Positions 47,595 to 56,925 of a stretch of 64,000 nt of DNA are shown in pieces (position 1 is the stretch's first letter; each line of letters starts with the position of its first letter). This DNA comes from Candidatus Woesearchaeota archaeon (GTDB taxonomy: Archaea; Nanobdellota; Nanobdellia; SCGC-AAA011-G17; CAYFGV01): positions 65,742 through 129,741 of the forward strand of contig CAYVLZ010000001.1 in NCBI GenBank assembly GCA_964452525.1, written 5' to 3'. A program made the translations under genes and the position numbers. The notes beneath the pieces are model-generated. The model searched no databases, was not told the origin of the DNA, and saw nothing but the letters and a program-made list of their open reading frames with translations.

Positions 47595-48095
47595 ATGGAA
47601 GAGCCACATTTCATAGTTGATGAGCAATTGGAGAAAAGGTTAGACTTTTTGAATAGCATTTCAAGGGCTGTTAAGAAACCGATTGCTTATGATTTAAGGA
47701 CTATTTTTCTAAGAAGATTTACTATGGGTTTGATAGAAGCTGCTGCTCATAGACGTAGAAAAATTGAAAAGGGAGAGCTTGTTGATGGTTTATTAAATTT
47801 TAGAGGTATTGATGAAATGATTATGGATCCTGATGTTAATGCTATTTATTGTAATGGTCCTAATAATCCTTTATTGGTGAATTATGGTGACAAAGGAAAG
47901 ATAGCTACGAGAGTCCAATTTAAAACTAAAAAAGAAGTTAACGATGTGATAAAAAAATTTGCTAAGAGGGGAAATCTAAATCCAGATAAGAACCCTATCC
48001 TAGATTTCGGATTTGATGGTTTTAGGGTTGAGGCTACGTTGGGTAATGAGATATTGAATCCAAGGTTTGTTCTTAGGAGGATAAATGACATTTAA
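47595..48095 (+). CDS. Stand-alone/truncated N-terminal domain of a FlaI/GspE-type secretion ATPase (T2SE_Nter-like)
   Basis: DPDVNAIYCNGPNNPLLVNYGDKG...VQF.TKKEVNDVIKKFAKRGNLNPDKNPILDFGFDGFRVEATL resembles the N-domain preceding the Walker A region of FlaI/VirB11 ATPases. The ORF stops before any P-loop. Confidence 0.4.
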   Translation: MEEPHFIVDEQLEKRLDFLNSISRAVKKPIAYDLRTIFLRRFTMGLIEAAAHRRRKIEKGELVDGLLNFRGIDEMIMDPDVNAIYCNGPNNPLLVNYGDKGKIATRVQFKTKKEVNDVIKKFAKRGNLNPDKNPILDFGFDGFRVEATLGNEILNPRFVLRRINDI

Positions 48096-48333
48096 AGAAA
48101 ACCTGATAGCTGCTTTTGTAACATTAGTGTTATTCTTCTCTATTTTGTTTATAGGTCAGGGGATTACTGGATCTTTTATTATTGAATTGCCTTCTAATCA
48201 AAGTTATTCTATCTTTTCAGGGATATTGATATTGATCATATTCTTATTGTTTGTTGTTGTTTTGGGTGGTAAATTTGTGGATAAGAAAAATAAAAAGAAA
48301 ATAAATAAATTTTTTGGGTCCCTTTTTAGATAA
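48085..48333 (+). CDS. Small membrane protein (82 aa)
   Basis: AGGAGG RBS 8 nt upstream; two hydrophobic helices; Lys-rich tail. Confidence 0.35.
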   Translation: MTFKENLIAAFVTLVLFFSILFIGQGITGSFIIELPSNQSYSIFSGILILIIFLLFVVVLGGKFVDKKNKKKINKFFGSLFR

Positions 48334-48384
48334 GTGATTTTGTAAATCAAAAGTTATATAAGTCTTTTAATTTAATTAATCATA

Positions 48385-48585
48385 ATGTCCACAATTCAAG
48401 AAGGTTTGATGAAGATTGATTGGAAAATGAGGTCTGCCTTATTGATTATGGCTGGAGTTTTGATAATACTATTTTCTATAATTTCACTCTCTGTCTATCC
48501 TTATACTTTGTTTGCAGTGATTGTAGGTGTAGTCTTTATGTTAATAGGACTTTGGATGTGGAGAGGGGTTAAATTAAATCGATAG
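48385..48585 (+). CDS. Small membrane protein (66 aa, 2 TM)
   Basis: Hydrophobic hairpin ORF. Confidence 0.3.
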   Translation: MSTIQEGLMKIDWKMRSALLIMAGVLIILFSIISLSVYPYTLFAVIVGVVFMLIGLWMWRGVKLNR

Positions 48586-48630
48586 CATATTTATAGAAAA
48601 CTTTATAAAATTAAAAATAAAATTTTCTTT

Positions 48631-49569
48631 ATGAAAAAGATAATCGCAGTAATGTTTGTACTTATATTGATTCCAAGCGTAAGTGCTTATTCTTTTGGAG
48701 ACTTTATGGAACAACTAGGATCCATCTTTACGGATCATCTTCCTTTTACTGGAGGAGCTATAGCTGCAGTTAAACAATCTATAGATGCTGTTACTGAGCC
48801 TAACATAAGTAGCGCAGCTCCCCCGAGTGTTAAAAAGGTTGTTAAAGACAAAGTCGTGGAAGATGTTGTGGATGATATTGAAGAGGAGGATGTTGTGGAA
48901 GATGTTCCTGATGAAGAAATAGTTAAAACCCCTAGTTGCTCTGATTATTTGGATAATAACGTAAATTACTATGTTAGAGGGGTTTGTAAGGATAATAGAG
49001 GGCCTTATTTGGACGGAGAATATCCTATGGACTATTGCAGTGTTGATAACTCTTTGGTAATGGAGTTTAGTTGTGTTAGTGATAGTTGTGCTGGTAGTTG
49101 GTATGTTTGTGAGAATGGTTGTGAAGATGGCGCTTGTATAATGGAGACAGAAGGTGTAGAACTAGTGGAAAAAGATAATTTCGAAGTTAGCCTTGTAGGA
49201 CTTGTTATTAATCCTGAAATGCCAGTGGTTGATGATATAGTCGATATAGATTTGAGAGTTAAGAATGTCGGTACTACTGGTGGTTATTTTGAGAACTTTT
49301 CTTATATTATTGGTGGTGTCGAGGTTAAGGAATATGTAAATTATTTCTTACAACCTGGCGAAACTGTTGACGTGGATTTGGTTGATAAGTCTTTTGACGT
49401 TGGAACTTACGGTATATTTGTTTCTGTCGATGATGATGAGTTGACGAAGACTTTGGTAGTTAGAGAGATGCCTGTTAGAGAAGAGGTAACTGGAAATGTT
49501 GTTGTTGATAAGAAGGATGAAAAGGGATTTTTCGTAAGAATATTTAGTTTCTTTAGTGAAATATTTTAA
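48631..49569 (+). CDS. Secreted acidic protein (hypothetical)
   Basis: Signal peptide; acidic VEDVVDDIEEEDVVEDVPDEE tract; Cys-rich middle. Confidence 0.5.
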   Translation: MKKIIAVMFVLILIPSVSAYSFGDFMEQLGSIFTDHLPFTGGAIAAVKQSIDAVTEPNISSAAPPSVKKVVKDKVVEDVVDDIEEEDVVEDVPDEEIVKTPSCSDYLDNNVNYYVRGVCKDNRGPYLDGEYPMDYCSVDNSLVMEFSCVSDSCAGSWYVCENGCEDGACIMETEGVELVEKDNFEVSLVGLVINPEMPVVDDIVDIDLRVKNVGTTGGYFENFSYIIGGVEVKEYVNYFLQPGETVDVDLVDKSFDVGTYGIFVSVDDDELTKTLVVREMPVREEVTGNVVVDKKDEKGFFVRIFSFFSEIF

Positions 49570-50201
49570 GCTCCGGTAATTCTTGCTATTCCAGGTTTCT
49601 CTTCTGGTCTTGCTACTACCTTTTCAATTATTATCTGTCCAGTCCCTCCCCACTCATAATTGTATAATGCGTAGAAATCTGATTTCATATTATCTGAGCT
49701 TACATCTATAGTATACCATTTGTAGTTGTTGGGGAGTTTTCCACTCAGAACCATATTGTTGTCTGGAGCCCACAATTCAAAATAAGGATTTCCATTTTCT
49801 CCTTTCATGTAAATAGATATCGAATCTACGTCTGAAGGCCATTCTAAATAAACATATCTATCCAATTCTTCAGGAGGGTTACTAGATTGTTCTAATCTTA
49901 TGAATTGGTTATCTATTTCATAGATTTCAGAGATTTTATTCTCTATTAATTTATGGTCTGTTGCTCTATTAAGTGTAGCGATTGTGGGAGGGTCGAATCT
50001 CTCTGGATACTCTTGTAGTTCTGTTTCTATACTTATTGCTTGGCCTGTTGGTCCGGTATCATAGTTTCTAATCACTTGTGAAAATCCTATCAATACATAT
50101 AAGAGTATAAAAAGAATGACCAATATAAACATAGATTGGCTTTTAGCTTTTGAGACTTTAGGATCCTTTTTTATCCTAGTTCTTCTCTTTTTTCTTTTCA
50201 T
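49566..50201 (-). CDS. Membrane-anchored hypothetical protein
   Basis: Poly-basic N-terminus then a TM helix; extracellular domain. Confidence 0.45.
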   Translation of the reverse strand: MKRKKRRTRIKKDPKVSKAKSQSMFILVILFILLYVLIGFSQVIRNYDTGPTGQAISIETELQEYPERFDPPTIATLNRATDHKLIENKISEIYEIDNQFIRLEQSSNPPEELDRYVYLEWPSDVDSISIYMKGENGNPYFELWAPDNNMVLSGKLPNNYKWYTIDVSSDNMKSDFYALYNYEWGGTGQIIIEKVVARPEEKPGIARITGA

Positions 50202-50279
50202 ACGTCATTTAGAATTTTTCTAATATAAATACTTTTTGTTTTAATGGCTCTGATGAAGTTTTATTCTTAATAATATGTA

Positions 50280-51266
50280 TTACCAATCTACTTTAACTTG
50301 ATCTATACGCCATCTTGGTTTAATATCTAATTTTTCTTTTTTATTTCCTGTTTTATATTCTAGAATTCCTTGCCAAGCTATCTGAGCGCCATTATCGCCA
50401 GAGTATTTTAAGGGTACGAAATAGAATTTTGCATTCCTCTCTTCACACATTATTGATAACATCTCAATAAGTCTTTTATTAGCTGCTACACCGCCGATTA
50501 AAAGAGCTTCGTTTTTGTTCGTATGGGCTAGTGCTCTTTCAGTTACTTCTGTTAACATTGCAAAACAAGTTTCTTGTAATGAAAAACAGAGGTCTTCTTT
50601 TTTTGCACCTTTTTTATATTTATTTATTGCTGCAGTAATTATTCCAGAGAATTCAACATCCATGCCTTTTACTACGTAAGGAAGTTCAACATACTTGCCT
50701 TTTTTTGCTAAGTTTTCTATTATAGGACCGCTTGGGAAACCAAGGTTTATTGATCTGCCGAATTTATCTAGAGCATTTCCTATGCCTATTGAAAGTGCTT
50801 CTCCCATTATCCTATAGTAATCTCCTTCAAGAGATATTATCTGTGTGTTAGCTCCTGTTGCTAGGATGAAAACTGGGTTTTTTGCTTTTGTCAATAATTT
50901 ACCAATTTCTAAATGACCACATAGATGGTTAACACCAATTGTTGTAATATTACTTTCTTTTGAAAGTTTTTTTGCAAATTCTAGTCCTGCTAATAAACAA
51001 GGGGCTAGGCCAGGGCCAATCGCTACACTTATTAAGTTAATATCTTTTAGTTCTAGTTTGGCTTCTTTTAGTGCTTTCCTTAGAGCGTTATCTTGTATTT
51101 TTTTGTGATGCAGTGCTGCTTCCCTTGGTATTATCCCACCTGATTTAGTTTTATACATCTCTCTTATGTCACTTAAAATCTTTCCTTTATCTGTCACTAT
51201 TGATAAGCCAAATGTATGTGCTGTGCTTTCTATACCTAAACAAATTGTTTCTGCCATTTTATACAA
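50280..51266 (-). CDS. kae1: tRNA N6-adenosine threonylcarbamoyltransferase Kae1 (KEOPS)
   Basis: ICLGIESTAHTFGLSIV, HxxxH metal site region (NHLCGHLEIG) and ASKH-fold GIGN motif. Confidence 0.9.
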   Translation of the reverse strand: MYKMAETICLGIESTAHTFGLSIVTDKGKILSDIREMYKTKSGGIIPREAALHHKKIQDNALRKALKEAKLELKDINLISVAIGPGLAPCLLAGLEFAKKLSKESNITTIGVNHLCGHLEIGKLLTKAKNPVFILATGANTQIISLEGDYYRIMGEALSIGIGNALDKFGRSINLGFPSGPIIENLAKKGKYVELPYVVKGMDVEFSGIITAAINKYKKGAKKEDLCFSLQETCFAMLTEVTERALAHTNKNEALLIGGVAANKRLIEMLSIMCEERNAKFYFVPLKYSGDNGAQIAWQGILEYKTGNKKEKLDIKPRWRIDQVKVDW

Positions 51267-51994
51267 CGATTGATCATTTCTTTTAAGTGCTGTGTGTTTG
51301 TAAAATTGTGGTCTGCGTTTTCAATTATCTTTATTTCTTTCGGTTGATTTGCTTCCTCATGTAGCTTTTTAGTTTCTTCTACTGGAATACTTTTATCTTC
51401 TGAACCATGTATAAATAACATTGGAATATTTATTTTTTTAACAGCTTCTAATGGTTTATGATTTTCTAAATCTTTTACATTACTTGGGGTTATAGGATAT
51501 TTTTTTCCTGCTACTTCTTCACCCCAATAGAAATGTTTTCCTTTTAAGATCTTTTCTCTCTGATGAGAATATATTCTCTCTATGAAATTATTAGGGTAGG
51601 CACTTGCTGATATGGATACTATCGACTTTATATCTTTATTTTTAGAACCTACTAATAAGGATTGCATTGCTCCCCTGCTATGTCCCATTAGACTTATACT
51701 ATATCCTTTGTTTTTGAAGTGATTTATTACGGATTCTATATCTTCTATTTCTTTTGTGGTTGTGGTTTCTATGAATTCTCCTTCTGATTCTCCGCGTCCG
51801 GAAAGATCAAATCTGAATGAATTTATGTTAGACTCTTTAAGTTTTTTACATAATTCTTTTATTAAAGTTCTATCTTTATGTCCAGGAAAACCATGACAAA
51901 CCACCACTATTTCTTTCTTGTTGTTTGCTCTATGTAAAATTCCTACTAGTTCTTCTCCATATTCGTTTTTAATTGATATTTTTTCTTCTACCAT
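51236..51994 (-). CDS. Alpha/beta-hydrolase fold esterase/peptidase
   Basis: Nucleophile elbow GHSRGA, HGF oxyanion region and C-terminal D/H. Confidence 0.7.
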   Translation of the reverse strand: MVEEKISIKNEYGEELVGILHRANNKKEIVVVCHGFPGHKDRTLIKELCKKLKESNINSFRFDLSGRGESEGEFIETTTTKEIEDIESVINHFKNKGYSISLMGHSRGAMQSLLVGSKNKDIKSIVSISASAYPNNFIERIYSHQREKILKGKHFYWGEEVAGKKYPITPSNVKDLENHKPLEAVKKINIPMLFIHGSEDKSIPVEETKKLHEEANQPKEIKIIENADHNFTNTQHLKEMINRCIKWQKQFV

Positions 51995-52036
51995 AATATA
52001 CAGGATTTTTCAATATTTATTAAGCTTACTTAAATT

Positions 52037-52624
52037 ATGAGAAATTTTAAATACCCGTCATGTGATAATTTATATATGCCTAAAAAAGGATTGATTAAAA
52101 ATGGGAAATGGACTTTTGCTTGTTATATTACCTTGATTAGGATTATTTTATCTCCATTGGTCATGATTCTATTAATACAACATAGAACTTATCTGGGTTT
52201 GATTTTGTTTTTGATTACAGGATTTACTGATAAGTTAGACGGTATGATATCTAGGAAAAGAAAAGAAATAACTAAGTTTAGCAGTAATTTTGACACTATA
52301 GCCGATATGGTATTTTGGATATTTGTTTTTACTGGCCTTTTATTTGGCGGTTTTATTCCTTTGTGGTCAGTTAATTGGATAGTTGCTTATCTTTTTATTA
52401 TAGCTTTGCTGATGTATATAACAGCATGGAGAAATAACTGGAAGTTAAGGTTTCCCCATAGAACTAGTGCAAGAACCGCTATAGTTTTTGTTTTTATCGG
52501 GGTTATTTTTTTGATTTTAGATGTTTATAGATCTTTTTTTATAGTACTGGGATTTATTATAGGTGTTATTGCTTTGATAGACTATATTATTTTTGCTAAG
52601 AATATAAAAAATGAAAAATCGTGA
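52037..52624 (+). CDS. CDP-alcohol phosphatidyltransferase-like membrane protein
   Basis: DKLDGMISRKRKE...D..AD, a degenerate D(x)2DG(x)2AR...D motif, in a 5-6 TM protein. Confidence 0.45.
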   Translation: MRNFKYPSCDNLYMPKKGLIKNGKWTFACYITLIRIILSPLVMILLIQHRTYLGLILFLITGFTDKLDGMISRKRKEITKFSSNFDTIADMVFWIFVFTGLLFGGFIPLWSVNWIVAYLFIIALLMYITAWRNNWKLRFPHRTSARTAIVFVFIGVIFLILDVYRSFFIVLGFIIGVIALIDYIIFAKNIKNEKS

Positions 52625-54317
52625 AGTCGCTGAAGTACTTTATGAAATTGCAGACCTCCTTGAGATTAAGGGAGTAGAATGGAAACCTAGGGCCTACAGA
52701 GAAGCTGCTCAGAATATAGAGTCTATGGCCGATGATATTGAGGAAATCTACAAGAACGGAGAGTTGAATACTATACCTGGTGTCGGTTCTGGTATTGCAA
52801 AAAAGATTTCTGAATTTATTGATACTGGCAAGCTTAGATATCTGGATAGATTAAAGAAACAAATTCCGCAGATAGTTGCAGATCTTATTGAAGTTCCTGA
52901 CATAGGTCCTAAGACTGCTAAGATTATCTATAAGAAATTAAAAATCAAAAATCTTTCAGATTTAAGAAAAGCTATAAAGGAAAATAAAATTTCAAAAATA
53001 AGGGGGCTAGGTAGTAAGACTGAAGATGCTATAGAGAAAGGGATTAAAAATTTAAAAACTTCCAAAAGATCTTTACTTGGTTATATCTTACCTGAAGCAA
53101 GAGAGATTGAAAATTCTTTAAGAAAATTAAAAGAAGTTAAGAAAGTAAATCTTGCTGGCTCTATTAGGAGAGGTCTAGAAACGGTTCATGATGTTGATAT
53201 TTTGATAGCTTCCAATCATCCTGCGAGGGTTATAGATTATTTTACTAATATGAAAGTTGTTAAAAATGTAATTTCTAAAGGTTCTACTAAATCCAGTGTT
53301 AAGTTAAGAGATAATCTACAGGTAGATTTAAGAGTTGTTAATTTAAGTTCTTATGGTTCTGCTTTACAATATTTTACTGGAAGCAAATCACACAGTATAG
53401 AGTTAAGGAAGATTGCTATGAAAAGTAAGTTAAAGCTTAGTGAATATGGTGTTTTTAGGGGTGAAAAACAGGTTGCAGGTAAAACTGAGAAAGAAGTTTA
53501 TGGTAAGTTGGGATTAAAATATATTGAACCAGAATTGAGAGAGAATAATGGCGAGATAAAAGCTGCGCAGAAGGGTAAACTGCCCCGTTTAGTGAAGCTG
53601 GTAGACATTAAAGGAGATTTACATATTCATAGTAATTGGAGTGAGGGCAATAATAGTATTTTAGAGATGGTTAGGGGAGCTATTAAAAGAGATTATAGTT
53701 ATTTGGCTATTACTGATCATAGCAAGACCAGTGCTATTGCGGGAGGATTAAAAACCGATATTTTGCTCAAACAAATAAAAGAAGTTAAGAGAATTGATAA
53801 GAAATTTAAAAATATTAAAGTTTTTACTGGTAATGAGGTCAATATTCTTGGTGATGGTAGTTTAGATTACGATGATAATGTATTAAAGAAGTTAGATATT
53901 GTAATTGGTGCTGTTCACAGCGGATTCAAGATTAATGAAAGAAAGATGACAGATAGAATCATTAGGGCTTTAGAAAACAAATACGTCAAGATTTTATCAC
54001 ACCCTACAGGCAGGTTAGTAAATAAGAGAGAGCCTTATTCTATTAATTTTGATCAAATCCTTGAAGTTGCTAAAGAAAAGAATAAGATACTAGAAATAAA
54101 TTCTTTTCCTGATAGACTTGATTTGAAAGATGTCTATATTAAAGAGGCCATAGAAAAAGGTGTTAAATTAGTTATAAATACAGACTCTCATGATTTGGGT
54201 CATTTGAGGTATATGGAATTGGGGGTCATGCAAGCTAGGAGAGGATGGGCTGAGAAGAAAGATATTGTTAACACTTTTAATTTGAAAAAAATAAAGAGGA
54301 TTTTCGGTGTTTCTTAG
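52611..54317 (+). CDS. polX: DNA polymerase X family protein with C-terminal PHP domain
   Basis: HhH motifs, nucleotidyltransferase GSIRRG...VHDVDILI, and PHP domain (DLHIHSNWSEG, DH). Confidence 0.85.
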   Translation: MKNREVAEVLYEIADLLEIKGVEWKPRAYREAAQNIESMADDIEEIYKNGELNTIPGVGSGIAKKISEFIDTGKLRYLDRLKKQIPQIVADLIEVPDIGPKTAKIIYKKLKIKNLSDLRKAIKENKISKIRGLGSKTEDAIEKGIKNLKTSKRSLLGYILPEAREIENSLRKLKEVKKVNLAGSIRRGLETVHDVDILIASNHPARVIDYFTNMKVVKNVISKGSTKSSVKLRDNLQVDLRVVNLSSYGSALQYFTGSKSHSIELRKIAMKSKLKLSEYGVFRGEKQVAGKTEKEVYGKLGLKYIEPELRENNGEIKAAQKGKLPRLVKLVDIKGDLHIHSNWSEGNNSILEMVRGAIKRDYSYLAITDHSKTSAIAGGLKTDILLKQIKEVKRIDKKFKNIKVFTGNEVNILGDGSLDYDDNVLKKLDIVIGAVHSGFKINERKMTDRIIRALENKYVKILSHPTGRLVNKREPYSINFDQILEVAKEKNKILEINSFPDRLDLKDVYIKEAIEKGVKLVINTDSHDLGHLRYMELGVMQARRGWAEKKDIVNTFNLKKIKRIFGVS

Positions 54318-54387
54318 TATATTTTTAAAAATATGTTTAATTTTTTAATTAAGTTTATATATTGATCTTAACTATATAATCTTTTTA

Positions 54388-54660
54388 ATGTTAACTGAAA
54401 TACAAAAGAGATTTCTGGAAGATGTGGATAGAGATGTTTTGTCTGCTGGAATTTCGGATATAGGTGACACTTTGCAGCATATTGATATGGAAGCTGGTAG
54501 ATTGGGAATACCAAAAGAAACTTTGAAGGAAAAGATGTCAAGAGTTTTTGATTCTTTATACGATATCGGTTTTGAGACTAGAGCTTGTTTGGTCTCCAGG
54601 CATTATGGCGGTTTACCAAAGGTTAATGGCAGTGGTTTTTATCCTAGAAATGTTTGCTAG
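54388..54660 (+). CDS. Hypothetical small protein (90 aa)
   Basis: ORF only. Confidence 0.3.
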   Translation: MLTEIQKRFLEDVDRDVLSAGISDIGDTLQHIDMEAGRLGIPKETLKEKMSRVFDSLYDIGFETRACLVSRHYGGLPKVNGSGFYPRNVC

Positions 54661-54697
54661 ACAAAAACATTATAAACATCTTTAGTTTATCTCTTGT

Positions 54698-55534
54698 ATG
54701 GCTAAAAAGAAAAAGGGAATCTTTAGTGTATTAGCTAAGATAATTCTATTTTTCTTGAAGGGTGTATACGGAATATTTCTTGGATTGTACTTGCTTTTTA
54801 AATGGATTTTTTCTTTTCTTAAGGAAAGAAGTGTAGAGGTAGTTAAAGAGAAAAAAAGACCTAAAATTAATGCTAAGTTTAATGCTCTAAAAGAATTAGA
54901 AAATAAGAAGGGAAATGTTGAGGAATTTAGTGATAAAGTTTTAAGAAGCTCTAGTAGTGTTGGGTTAATTCTAGGAGCAAGAGGTTCAGGTAAGAGTGCA
55001 ACCGGTTTGAGATTAATAGAGAATATTAAAACTAAGACCGATAAAAAAGTAGATGCTATGGGTTTTAAGAAAGAAAATATTCCTTCTTGGATCAATATTG
55101 TAGATTCTTTAGACGAAGTGGATGATAATTCTATTTTGCTTGTAGATGAGGGAGGTATTCAGTTTGGTGCTAGAGATGCTATGACAAATGTTAATAAATT
55201 AATTTCCAATATTTTACTTGTTGCTAGACATAGGGACCTAAGCGTTGTTTTTATTACTCAAAGTTCAGCTAATCTTGAGATAAATGCTATAAGACAGGCA
55301 GATTATTTGATATTGAAGAAGTCGTCTTTATTACAGAGAGATTTTGAAAGGAAGAAGATAAGGGATATCTATGATTCTGTTAAGGAGGATTTTGAAAAGT
55401 ATAAAGGTGATAAGGGGGTTTCTTATATATATTCTGATGCTTACCTGGGTTTTGTTAACATAGATTTGCCTTCCTTCTGGTCAGAAGAAGTTAGTAAATC
55501 CTTTAAGGGTTTTAAAGGCAAAAAGAAAGAATAA
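54698..55534 (+). CDS. Membrane-anchored P-loop NTPase (Zot/phage pI-like or KaiC/RecA-superfamily ATPase)
   Basis: N-terminal TM helices, Walker A GARGSGKSAT, Walker B ILLVDEGG. Confidence 0.5.
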   Translation: MAKKKKGIFSVLAKIILFFLKGVYGIFLGLYLLFKWIFSFLKERSVEVVKEKKRPKINAKFNALKELENKKGNVEEFSDKVLRSSSSVGLILGARGSGKSATGLRLIENIKTKTDKKVDAMGFKKENIPSWINIVDSLDEVDDNSILLVDEGGIQFGARDAMTNVNKLISNILLVARHRDLSVVFITQSSANLEINAIRQADYLILKKSSLLQRDFERKKIRDIYDSVKEDFEKYKGDKGVSYIYSDAYLGFVNIDLPSFWSEEVSKSFKGFKGKKKE

Positions 55535-55537
55535 AAA

Positions 55538-56734
55538 TTATTTTTTATTTATAATCTCTATTACATCCAGATTTTTTAGAGGATGATCTTTTCCTATTAC
55601 TCTTTTTGTTTTAACATCTATAGCTTTAATGAACTTATTTCCTATGTCGGTGTGTAATTTAAAAGCAAAATCTAGGGCTGTTGATTTTTCTTGCATTAAA
55701 TAACAGTCAGGAAGTATGTTTCCTTTACTATCCTTTAAATTATTTAATCCTCCCGGGAATACTGCTATGTATTTAAGTAAATCAAAAATTACTTTATTTA
55801 GTATGTCTTGTACCCCTGTTGTTGAGTATTTTTCCAATACATTTTTCTTTATGGAATCTAGAGCGTTTAATTGAACATTAGACATCTGTTTTTTACTCAA
55901 AATTGTAAAGTTATTTTCTCCTGGGATATATTCGATTAATTTTGATTTTGCCGCTTCTCTTAGTGCTAATTCAGAATCTGCTGAGCACCCCATGATTATC
56001 TCTTCTTTAAACTGTTTTTTTACTCTTTCTAAATTTTTTTCGCTTCCGGGAATATCCGTTTTATTAGCTGCGATTATCATGGGTTTAGATAACCTTCTTA
56101 ACATTGAAGAAAGTGTTTTAAGATCTTCATCTTTCCATGATAGTGGGTTTGAGGATAAATTTAATTTTCTTACTGAATCTTTTACATGTTGTTCTGTGAC
56201 TCTTAATCCAGATAGTTGTTTAGCCAAAGCTTTTACAACATTCTCTTTTTCTTGTTTTACTTTTCTTGCAAATTTCTCCCACCCCCTTTTTAGTATTTGA
56301 TAATACCACATATTCAATTCATTTTCAATGAATTTTATATCATTTATAGGATCATAGGATAATGGAGGCACTGGTTCTCCGGCAGTGTTTGTAGAACCGG
56401 ATATGTCTACGATATGTATTAGAGCGTCTGCTTCCATAATGTCACTTAGAAATTCATTACCCAATCCTTTTCCTGTATGACTTCCTTCAATCAAACCAGG
56501 GATATCCATTAGTTCTATTGGAACAAATCTATTTCCTTTTATACAGTATCCGAATCTAGGGTTACATTTTACTTTGAAAAAAGAATCCACACACTTTATC
56601 TTTACATAAGCTGTACCACGATTACTTTTTATTGTTGTGAAAGGTCTTGAAGAAATCTCTATGTTTGCTAGAGTTGCAGCTTTGAAAAAAGTACTTTTCC
56701 CTGTTGAGGGTTTTCCGCTTAACGCAATGATCAT
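55538..56734 (-). CDS. Obg-family GTPase YchF/OLA1-like with C-terminal TGS domain
   Basis: G1 GKPSTGKSTF, G3 DIPGLIEG, GLGNEFLSDIMEADALIHIVD. Confidence 0.75.
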   Translation of the reverse strand: MIIALSGKPSTGKSTFFKAATLANIEISSRPFTTIKSNRGTAYVKIKCVDSFFKVKCNPRFGYCIKGNRFVPIELMDIPGLIEGSHTGKGLGNEFLSDIMEADALIHIVDISGSTNTAGEPVPPLSYDPINDIKFIENELNMWYYQILKRGWEKFARKVKQEKENVVKALAKQLSGLRVTEQHVKDSVRKLNLSSNPLSWKDEDLKTLSSMLRRLSKPMIIAANKTDIPGSEKNLERVKKQFKEEIIMGCSADSELALREAAKSKLIEYIPGENNFTILSKKQMSNVQLNALDSIKKNVLEKYSTTGVQDILNKVIFDLLKYIAVFPGGLNNLKDSKGNILPDCYLMQEKSTALDFAFKLHTDIGNKFIKAIDVKTKRVIGKDHPLKNLDVIEIINKK

Positions 56735-56813
56735 ATTTTTTTAAATGATTATAATTTTAAATATGTTTCTATTAGAAAGTTTTAAATATCAACTTTTGAT
56801 TTAATTTTTTACT

Positions 56814-56915
56814 GGGCCCGTGGCTTAGCCTGGTTAAAGCGCTGGTCTTATATGACGGTTAAGCTAACAGCTCTAAGAGAGCCAGAGATCGCCAGTTCAA
56901 ATCTGGCCGGGCCCA
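56814..56915 (+). tRNA. tRNA-Ile (anticodon TAT) with ~27-nt canonical-position intron
   Basis: GGGCCCG-UG-GCUU-AGCCUGGUUA-AAGC-G-CUGGU-CUUAUA[intron]A-GCCAG-AGAUC-GCCAG-UUCAAAU-CUGGC-CGGGCCC-A; mature loop CUUAUAA. Followed by T5. Confidence 0.65.
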
Positions 56916-56925
56916 TTTTTCTAAA

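Noticed and set aside
54682-55095. 137-aa minus-strand ORF
   Set aside because: Antisense to the P-loop ATPase gene, which carries clear Walker A/B motifs.
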